Of a stretch of 64,000 nucleotides of DNA, positions 37,368-46,530 are shown piece by piece (within the stretch, counting starts at the first letter, position 1; every line of letters begins with the position of its first letter). Source of the DNA: Gekko japonicus (Eukaryota); assembly GCF_001447785.1 (NCBI RefSeq), contig NW_015161949.1, positions 836,224 to 900,223 on the forward strand. The letters are read 5' to 3'. The notes beneath the pieces were generated by a model that had not been told where the DNA came from, ran no database searches, and saw nothing but the letters and a program-made list of their open reading frames with translations. The position numbers and the translations under genes were made by a program.

Positions 37368-38959
37368 TTAGTCTCTTAAAACTGAGTTAATTGGCCAAAT
37401 TCACATGTCACTTAAAGTGCTTTTATTTATTTATTTAAAACACATATTGCCTACCTTTCTACTTTGCAGAACTCGGCAGCTTACAGTGCAACTTTTAGCT
37501 TTCTCCCACTGTTGGTTTTCACCTGTGGGGAAAAAAAGAGTTCAAAATGTACCTATATCAGGTTTCTGGTCTGAAGAACAGGAAAGCAGTTTTAAATGTA
37601 TTTAATTGGCATGTAAGAAAACTGATTTACAATCACATTTCATTCTTCTTGTACTTTACAGTATATGTGTGATTTTGGTCTTATCCTTTTGATTTTGTAT
37701 TTTCTACAAATGCACATACAAAATCAGTCTCTTGGTATCCCGGGTAGTGTTAAGGTCTTTATTATCATCTCTAGAATTCCAGGGTGGCATTAAGGTCTCC
37801 TTATCTGCAGTTCACCACTTTTTATTGACACTAGATCATTGAAGACCATTTGTTGTAGATAAATTGGGTGAGCTAAGATTACAGACTTCACACATTGACA
37901 GAAAGTGGTTAATCTCCATTTCCACCTCCACATTTTCTGCAGGGCACACTTCACACGTGTTCAAGACTGTCACCATTTTTTAAAGCAGATGTATTTTTTT
38001 TAAAAGGATGTGGTGGTGATGATGGAAAGGTAAATACTGTAAAGTAGAGAAAGGAATGAAGTAGAACAATGAAAGTAATAAAAGTGAAGTTGCGTAATGA
38101 GAGTAAGATCATTAAAGACACCAAATATGTATTGTTGTGCTTGAACAGAATGTGAATTGTCAAAGAAGAAAATAGCTGGAGAAAGAGATCAGAGAACAAA
38201 TAAATATACCACTGCCATGCTGATCACAAGGAGCTGATCCATGTTACTGGCTCCATAATGCTAGAATCTGTGTGGTCAGTCCCCTCTGACAGTTCCTTTA
38301 CACAATCGTAAGAACATTGTCTCAGCTGTACATGTAGAGAGGTGGCCATCTGGATCCTCTGTTGGAATTCAGCTGTTTACTCTATTGTAATTTTAGTGAA
38401 TGGTTCCCAAAATATCATTTCTTTGATATGCAGCTACTGAAGCAGGCGATACAACCTTACCAAAGCAAGCTATTGTAGTGACCGTGGATATGTTTAATCA
38501 AATTACTTTCCAAACCCAGTGGTTATGTTAAAATTCCACATTCAAACACTGGCAAAATGTTTCACACCTACAAGTCCAGGACATAAGAAGCAGCTCTCTT
38601 TTATATTGTCCTGTTAGACATAATTGAAGGGCTTCTATTTTAATGGCTGCTTTAATTTGGCTATTATTTTGCTTTATTTACTTTATTTTAACAGTAATAG
38701 GACCCTACAGAGATTTCAAGAATCCTTTTTTCACTTAACTACCATTAAATGTAAAACGACAATAATAGTAATAATAATAATAATAATAAAATCCCCTAAC
38801 CAATCCAGTTACAAGATGAGCGTATGGATCTTCCGGTTTATGGCGACACGCAGGCAGACACATCTCCTGGATGTCCCAGGGATGTAAACTGCACACCAGC
38901 ATGTGGGAGAGGGTTCGATGGGTTGCGACCCCCCCCCCCCGGAGCCTTGGTAAAAGGCT

Positions 38960-39350
38960 NNNNNNNNNNNNNNNNNNNNNNNNNNNNNNNNNNNNNNNNN
39001 NNNNNNNNNNNNNNNNNNNNNNNNNNNNNNNNNNNNNNNNNNNNNNNNNNNNNNNNNNNNNNNNNNNNNNNNNNNNNNNNNNNNNNNNNNNNNNNNNNNN
39101 NNNNNNNNNNNNNNNNNNNNNNNNNNNNNNNNNNNNNNNNNNNNNNNNNNNNNNNNNNNNNNNNNNNNNNNNNNNNNNNNNNNNNNNNNNNNNNNNNNNN
39201 NNNNNNNNNNNNNNNNNNNNNNNNNNNNNNNNNNNNNNNNNNNNNNNNNNNNNNNNNNNNNNNNNNNNNNNNNNNNNNNNNNNNNNNNNNNNNNNNNNNN
39301 NNNNNNNNNNNNNNNNNNNNNNNNNNNNNNNNNNNNNNNNNNNNNNNNNN
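38960..39350. other. Assembly gap
   Basis: Run of N. Confidence 1.
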
Positions 39351-40055
39351 CTAAAAAAGTTAAGAAAAAGGTGCAAAAGCTGGAGATGAAGCAAGCTACA
39401 GAAGAGTCAAAGCTTTTACAGCTACAAATGGATAAAGCAAATTTGGTCCTACAGTTTCAAGGGGTCCCGGAAATTAAAGAAGAGAATCTGAAGCAATGGC
39501 TGAGTGAAGCAATAGCCCCAATGACAGATTTAACAGTGGAATACCTTTTGCAGCAAGATGGATGTGGTCTACAGGTCCTATTCATCGTACATCAAGAAAA
39601 ATAATCTGCCTGGTGAAATAGTGGTCAGATTTTCGAAGAGACATGTGAGAGATGCTATTTTGAAAGCAAATTCAGGAACACCCTTGAAAATTGGGGGCAA
39701 TAAAATCAGGATTTTAAAAGATATTCTATTTGATATAAGACAGAAGAGAAAGAACTATAAAGAATGAATCCTTTTCTTGCAAACAAATGGCATCAGTTAC
39801 AGGTGGTTAACCCCAGAAGGCATCATTTTCAAGATTAACGATAAAAAAGAAAAGATTGACTCTGTTTTTAAAGCACGTGAATTTCTGCGGACACAGCTTG
39901 GGGAACCAGAAGAGGGCAAAGAGGAGGAAAAAGAAAGCAAATCTGATGGCGAGTTGGGCTCGGGGTCTTCGGACAAGGACTCCCCTTCAGAAAAGGGGGG
40001 GGCTGCCCCCAAAAGCCCTTATAAACTGAGGATTAGAAAAGATAAGAATAAATAA
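39351..40055 (+). pseudogene. L1 ORF1p (coiled coil, RRM, CTD), disrupted by a frameshift and a stop
   Basis: LQFQGVPE..EENL, PGEIVVRF...VRDAILK, IRILKD...IRQKRK and ISYRWLTPEG motifs spread across three ORF pieces. Confidence 0.85.
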
Positions 40056-41654
40056 GGGCTGAAGGACTCTGATTTGTGCCTGAAAAAATGTTGAAATAAC
40101 TTGGGGATACTCTGGGAATTTCTTTAAACAGTTAAAGGGATGGTTAAACAATAATTAATCTAGCATAACCGACTAATTTCATTGTATTATTAGTAGCTTT
40201 TTGAAAATAGCATGGTGTTAAGGTGATGTATGATCTCCTACTCTTGGGTTTTTAGTTAGTTGTGGGTCTTTTTTCTTTATTCCCTAGATGTAGTTCCCTT
40301 TCCTATATTTTCTGTTGTAGTTTTGTAGTCTGAAAACCCCCCAATAAAAACCTCCCCCCAGGGGGATGGGGAAAAAAAAAGATGAGCGTATGCAGGGAAG
40401 TAGGGAGAGAACAATGATTTTCTGGAAAGAAGAGTGTTCTGTTGCATAAGACCAGGTGTTTATAGAATGCTTCATTGAAATGCAGTATGCTTCATTATGA
40501 TTTAATGGAGCTAATATCCAGTTTATAATATTATGAAATTACAGCCGCTGAAAAGTGATAGTAAAGGTTTGCCGGTTTCCTTTGGGTCAGTAGTTGTGAG
40601 CAAAACCACCCAGGCAAGCCATTTCTTTCCCCTTGTGGCCAGCAACTCTGTAGGCTTTTTAAAAAGTCATTTTTTCAAGTTCAGGAAAAGATCTTTAATT
40701 TTTTTGTGTGAAACTTTGTTGTCAAGGTTAAAATAAATCTATGCAGGTGGCTAGATGGCACTGTGGATTAATATACTTGAGGATTAATAGGCCTGAAGGA
40801 CTCATATCACATAAGTGAAGCAAATTCACATGGAAACTATCCCCCTTTCTCCAACCACCAAAATATATACATACACACACGGACTGTGCAATTAGTTGTG
40901 CCTACTTGCAGGATTTGAATGGCAAGAGATTTTTAGGTCATATACAAAGATGCTGTGACTTTGATGCTTGTGCAATAGACCTTTACCTTGTGTCTCACAA
41001 TGCCTAGTTAGCCTTGTGTCTCAAAGGCAAATCTGGATTGATTCTGCAAAGTATTGAACACCGTTTGAAAAGAAAGATACTCTCAGGGTCACTGGCTGCA
41101 AGCTCAAAGTCACTCTTGCAGATAAACAGGAAATGTTTGGAAACCTACAAACATTTGTACATGCATATTCAGGCGATAATTTGTTCTTTGCTCACTAAAG
41201 CTATTTTAATTTCTTGGACCTGCCCACAGTGACAGAGTTCAGCTGTACAGCATTTGGAGTAAGGAATGCCCCTGAATAAGTGCAGATTGCCTATTCCTCA
41301 GTATAAGAGCTAACATAAACCACCTGGGGCTTTAGAAGAAGAGTTTTCAGGTCAGAGTTTGGGCCTTCTAAATGGGTATGAGTTCTGTAACAGCATTGTT
41401 CTTATAAAGAAATTAACTATGATTCACTCTTTTAATCCACCGAATTGATTATTGCTGGAGTTTGCAGCTTCATCCTTCAGTCATGAAAGAGTTAGTGTGT
41501 TTATGCATGCACGCTAATGTTAGCTATTTAGCTTAGGGCCAATTAGATCTTTCACACATATTTCACACTAGAGAGAAGGTGACAATATTCCTAATGAAGG
41601 GAGCTGTAGAATATCTATTGGCTGATCAGTTTTTTATGGGGTGCTATTTGTAGT

Positions 41655-41700
41655 CAGTCGCGAAGAGTCGGACTCGACTGTGCGACTGAACAACAACAAC
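41655..41700 (+). mobile_element. Extremely 5'-truncated BovB/RTE insertion
   Basis: gtcgcgaagagtcggactcgactg.gcgactgaacaacaac with 9-bp TSD atttgtagt (41646-41654 and 41701-41709). Confidence 0.85.
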
Positions 41701-42548
41701 ATTTGTAGTTTGGCATGTATGCAGAAAGTGGGGAACTTTTTGGAAACTATTTCCTTTGTTCTCTCTCATACATGGTTTAGAAAACAAAGACCATGGAGCT
41801 TAGAACTAGTTAGACAGGATGTTTGTTATTGTAAATCCAGTGTAACCCTTTTCTCCTTTTATTTAGTAAAGTCTTTTTCTTAAACTGTATACACACATAT
41901 GGCTGCCTTCCTTACTCTGCTAAATATCCCAACAACTATAGCCCATTGTGGCCTTCTAGGCCTCTGACAGCCCATCCCTTTTTGTAGTACCAGAAGGACA
42001 GCAAAGCTCAGAGCTTCACTGAGCACATCGTGAACTGCTTGGTGATTGCCCCCCAATCCGGAAGAAAGACAGACACATTTCTTGGGTACTGAATGGGCCA
42101 CTTTATTAACTTCATTAACAACAATATCGACAACAATGAACAGCAAGGGCACTACAGATTGTGGCATGACCAGGCCAGGGGTCCTCGACCCCTCCCCAGC
42201 CATTTGTACTAGGGCGATCCACCCAGCCCCAGCTGGTAGCCAAATGTATGGCTCACAACCAGTCAGCATGGCAAGTGGATGATGGCCAGGGATAAGCCAG
42301 AACCCCCGAGCCTCGAGGCTCAAAGGGATGGCAATCCCGTGCCATCATCTAGGCGGTCAGCTTTCCCCGCCCCGGGCCTCAGGGCCCAAAGACTGTACTG
42401 GCAAGACCCCTATGCCCCAATCGGGGTTATATGCCGGTGGTCACCATGCCACAATCTGATAAACTAACATCCTGCCGCTAAAGTGACCGTCCTATTTAAA
42501 CTCAGCCACACCCCAGCCAATTTTTCCCTATCCTCCGTTGCAGTATGA

Positions 42549-42606
42549 GGTAGGCGAAAACACCCCCTCCCTTGGCCAATCTGGGAAAGGGCGAAAAATT
42601 CCTACC
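42549..42606 (-). other. Conserved hairpin with U-rich internal loop (ENE-like RNA element)
   Basis: GGUAGG-AAUUUUU-11 bp stem-loop-UUUUCG-CCUACC. The same fold is present at 11436-11494 (+) with compensatory changes. Confidence 0.6.
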
Positions 42607-42745
42607 CGGCCCCCATAAAGAGCAACCAGCCAATGCCCATACTGTCAACAGGGTGGGTGGGTCGAGCGATCAGGCGCGCACTGAAGGGGGGAGGCAGGGG
42701 CCGGCCTCACTGCTCCGGCCCCGCCCCCCGTTCAGTCCCGGATGC

Positions 42746-43152
42746 NNNNNNNNNNNNNNNNNNNNNNNNNNNNNNNNNNNNNNNNNNNNNNNNNNNNNNN
42801 NNNNNNNNNNNNNNNNNNNNNNNNNNNNNNNNNNNNNNNNNNNNNNNNNNNNNNNNNNNNNNNNNNNNNNNNNNNNNNNNNNNNNNNNNNNNNNNNNNNN
42901 NNNNNNNNNNNNNNNNNNNNNNNNNNNNNNNNNNNNNNNNNNNNNNNNNNNNNNNNNNNNNNNNNNNNNNNNNNNNNNNNNNNNNNNNNNNNNNNNNNNN
43001 NNNNNNNNNNNNNNNNNNNNNNNNNNNNNNNNNNNNNNNNNNNNNNNNNNNNNNNNNNNNNNNNNNNNNNNNNNNNNNNNNNNNNNNNNNNNNNNNNNNN
43101 NNNNNNNNNNNNNNNNNNNNNNNNNNNNNNNNNNNNNNNNNNNNNNNNNNNN
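42746..43152. other. Assembly gap
   Basis: Run of N. Confidence 1.
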
Positions 43153-43314
43153 CCGTGCCATCATCTAGGCGGTCAGCTTTCCCCGCCCCGGGCCTCAGGG
43201 CCCAAAGACTGTACTGGCAAGACCCCTATGCCCCAATCGGGGTTATATGCCGGTGGTCACCATGCCACAATCTGATAAACTAACATCCTGCCACTGCAAA
43301 GGCCAAGCCTCTGC

Positions 43315-43913
43315 TTAGGCCGTGCTCCCATTACTTCCTAAAGCTGCTCGAAGCCCTTGCTGAATCTCGTCCAAGAAAATGTCTAAACCTGCCTCCGACA
43401 GATGCACACCGTCACTCCGGTATAGATCTGTCGAAGCCACATGTATGCCAGGATGAGGCAAGTATATCCCTAGGCCCCCTTCAAGTGCTTTGCGAATTTC
43501 ACTGTTAGCCTTGCGCCGAGCTTTATCCATAGCCAAGGGCTTACAAGATGCCCTCCAAACTAAGCGTGGCACCATGGCGGACCATATAATTACCGTCCCC
43601 GGCCAACGCTCCTTAATAACTCGGAAATCTTCCTTCACCTGCAAAATCAAGGCCTTCCCCTTGATCAGGCCGAGATCATTTCCCCCTAAATGAATCAACA
43701 GGATATGTGGAGGGGGCCCAACACGCCCCTCAAACAACAAATACAATAAACTGGGCCATTGTAAGCCACGGTGCCCGAACCATTCCAGTGTGGCCACCTG
43801 ACTTAGCCCCAGCTGTGATCCCATGGGCCCACGCTTGGCTCGTCGTGCCGCCCAAAAGATAAAACTGTGGCCGCAAATCAAGATCCGCTTCCGCTCTGCC
43901 CGGCCACTCGTGC
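43315..43913 (-). CDS. SGNH/GDSL-type hydrolase (esterase) domain of the retrotransposon
   Basis: Block I ILICGHS, block III IHLGGNDL and block V DGVHLS..G in an uninterrupted frame. No ATG upstream of block I; preceded by a polypyrimidine tract and CAG. Confidence 0.85.
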
Positions 43914-43970
43914 CTGTAATGACAAAACAATCAACACAACAAAAGAACAAATTCACAGCACGCACAGCCC

Positions 43971-44375
43971 CTACTGACCGACCAGAGGCCGAACATACGC
44001 CCTATAGGCGGAGGACCGCCATCTACCCAGCCGCTGTATGTCCCTTTCAGGATATCCCATAGCAGCCGCTGTAGACGCTGCCCCAATCCTAAAAGAATGT
44101 GTCCCGAATCGTACCCCAGCAAGGCCAATCCGCCTCAGGGCAGCGGAGGTAACGGCCCAGAATTGGTGTCTGGTTAATGGACTGCCATCCTGGTGCTGAA
44201 AAAGCACACCTGCGCCCAACCCCCGCACAGCAAGGTAAGCTGCTACCGCAGAAACTGGGCATAACTCCTTTTCCTCACAGAGCCCAATCGATACAGTTGC
44301 CCCTCGACGTCGTTGATCGGTTTTAGAATGTCGCAAAGTTAGGATGACCCTGTCCCCCATCAAACGTTCAGTCCC
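43971..44375 (-). CDS. Tyrosine recombinase, C-terminal catalytic part
   Basis: SKTDQ, LCPV, HSFRIGAAS and LGRWRS.AY..YVR motifs of DIRS/Ngaro YRs. The N-terminal half with the first catalytic Arg is missing. Confidence 0.92.
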   Translation of the reverse strand, partial: GTERLMGDRVILTLRHSKTDQRRRGATVSIGLCEEKELCPVSAVAAYLAVRGLGAGVLFQHQDGSPLTRHQFWAVTSAALRRIGLAGVRFGTHSFRIGAASTAAAMGYPERDIQRLGRWRSSAYRAYVRPLVGQ

Positions 44376-44675
44376 AGATGCGGCGGTTGCCGCGCCCTGC
44401 TCTTCCTCCTGCAGGGCGGCAAAGGCGGCCCCCGGACTGCACGGGCGAGCCGGCAGCCCGGGAACCAAATTCTCAAGTTATACAGGCTTGGCCTATGAAC
44501 TCAAGCCTGGGTTTCATGTTCTCAGGGTGGTATAGTAGCTGCCACTTCTATACAGGTTTATTAGACCTCCACTGGGGGCAGGGGATCTCCTGTGCTTGGC
44601 TCCTGTCTCCTATTGCTGCTCGAAGCTGCAGCAGGAGAAAAAAAAAATTAAAGTCCGTCAGAATAAAAACACTAA

Positions 44676-45799
44676 GGCCCGGGTAACACGAGCGGGAAAA
44701 TCCGCACTGGAAGGGAGGCATTTTAGAGGCGGAGCTAAAAGAAGTGCAGGAGCACGATCTTACAGTCCTCCGCGGCTCTGTCCTCAGGCCGTCGGCAGCC
44801 GATCACACTAGGGAGGCAACAGCGTAGTCCCAGCAAGGTAACACAGCAGTACTGCATCACTGTGCATGCATGGGTCCCGGACGGCTGCTGGATGCCATGG
44901 GCTACTGGAGTGTTTCCGATCAGACGCCCACCTGTGCCACGCATTTACCCTAAGCTACTACCTTTTCTCCAGTGCCTTTTAAATCCACTTCTTCGGGCCG
45001 ACGTTACGGGTTGGAGATGGGTGTGCTACGCTTCTCAGATGTTGTGGTATGATCGTTGGGGAGCGGTGGCGCAGGGAGCTTAAGCACCTGCTAGTAACAA
45101 CAATAGCGAACAGCCATAATGGCTGTTCGAATCCCCACCGCGGCCGGAGTGAGCTTCCGGCCCTCAGTCCCAGCTCCCGCCAACCCAGCGGCTCGAAATA
45201 AACATCAAGTAGAGAAATGGGTACCTGTCTTAGAGGCAGGGGGCACCCTCCTCCTGGTTCCGTGCCAGGAGGTTAACGGCGGCGGCGGCGATGAGAGAAG
45301 CAAGAGAGAAGCGGCAATGAGAAGGCGGCGAGGAAGAACAATGGCGGTCCGGCAACCGTGGAGGCAACATCGGGCGGAGGCGGGGCCAAACGACGCAGCT
45401 GCGAGGCGACGCGACGCGGCTGGAGCCTGAGGGACGAATAGCCGAGCCGCAGTACGACAAGCAGCGTGCGGAAGGAAGCCCGCCGAGGATTGCCAGCTAC
45501 CCGGGAGTGCCGAGACTATGCCTGGAACTGCCTTGAGCCGCCGGAAAGTGTGGAAAAAGAAGAAAGGAAACCCGCCATCTGGGTGCCGTTAGGTAACCCC
45601 CCCCCGCACAAAATTGTGGCCTTAGTTAGGATCGACTACAAATGTAGTCAAAATTGTAAACCGCTCTGAGACCCATTAGGGGTTATGAGCGGTATAGAAA
45701 TCACATGTAAATAAATAAAATAAATAAATAAATCGTGCCCATTTGATGTGCCCTCTATCCATCCCTTTCGCGGGGCAAATCCTCCGTGTGACCAGGACC
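44676..45799. mobile_element. Harbinger-like MITE split by a SINE
   Basis: Left end ggcccgggtaacac and right end tttcgcggggcaaatcctccgtgtgaccaggacc match the 5578-6021 element. Confidence 0.7.
45057..45731 (+). mobile_element. Long (~675 bp) CpG-rich tRNA-derived SINE with L2-type tail
   Basis: A box tggcgcagggag, B box gttcgaatcc, Sauria-like core, tail tgtaaaccgctctgag...gagcggtatagaaat(aaat)n, and 5-bp TSD atcgt (45052-45056 and 45732-45736). Confidence 0.75.
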
Positions 45800-46319
45800 A
45801 ATGTCTGTCAGTTATTTCTGAAAATCACCAGAAACTCTATGTTAAAACTCTAAGGAGGCATGACATCACTTCCGGATTCTCCCAGAAGTAATGTCACACC
45901 ATCGCTGATGGCTGCCCCCTGTGTCCCCACCCCCCATCTCCCACTGATTGCCAGACTATCATGGAATTACAACTGATCTCCCGACTTTTTCTATGTTTCC
46001 CTTACTCTTTCTCACACTTTTCTCCTCCTTCAATTTGCTCTCTCCCATTCATGTCATTCGTCTCTCTCCTAATTCTCTCTCCCTTATGTTCCAATCTCAA
46101 CTGCTTCTCATTCATCCTGACTGGCAACTCAGGGTATATTTAATTGCATAATATAGCTATACATCTTTGTTAATATTACAAACAGAAAGAGGAATTAATA
46201 TTTCCCTATAACCTATCAAAGTAGTAAAAGAATGCTTCCTGCCCTCCACCCTTTACATACATGATAATAAATATTAATGTGCCTTAGTGGTAATAAATGA
46301 GGAACAGAAGTTAAAATTT

Positions 46320-46530
46320 ATTAATTTACTTTATTTATATCCTGCCTTTATCTGCAAGGGGAACCATTCTCTTCTCCTTTGTTTTATCCTCACAACAACC
46401 TTGTGAGGTAGGTTAGGCTGAGAGTGTGTGATGGGCCTAAGGTCACCCAGCCAGCTTTCATAGCAGAGTGGGGTCTCGAACCTGGGGTTCCCATATCCTA
46501 ATCTGAAACTTTAAGCACTGTGCAATCTTA
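46320..46530 (-). mobile_element. tRNA-derived SINE (Squam3/CORE-like)
   Basis: tcctcacaacaaccttgtgaggtagg...cctaaggtcacccag...tcgaacctggg. Confidence 0.7.

Larger units (their letters stand above)
38827..40378 (+). mobile_element. HAL1-like (ORF1-only) L1-derived element
   Basis: 14-bp TSD aagatgagcgtatg (38813-38826 and 40379-40392). 5' cttccgg start, ORF1p, then ~320 nt of 3' UTR, AATAAA and A-tail. No ORF2. Confidence 0.85.
42045..44465 (-). mobile_element. Ngaro/DIRS-type tyrosine-recombinase retrotransposon, truncated (no RT/RNase H visible)
   Basis: Tyrosine recombinase (YR) ORF followed by an SGNH hydrolase ORF, then split direct repeats (140 bp identical at 42337-42476 and 43153-43292) and AATAAA at 42102-42107 on the minus strand. 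Confidence 0.85.

Noticed and set aside
38735-39394. Long ORFs spanning N runs (also 42572-43283 and 28529-28717)
   Set aside because: Artefacts of translating assembly gaps.
43914-43965. Track start MRAVNLFFCC... for the hydrolase ORF
   Set aside because: It uses a GTG start and reads through a polypyrimidine tract, so it is better explained as intron.
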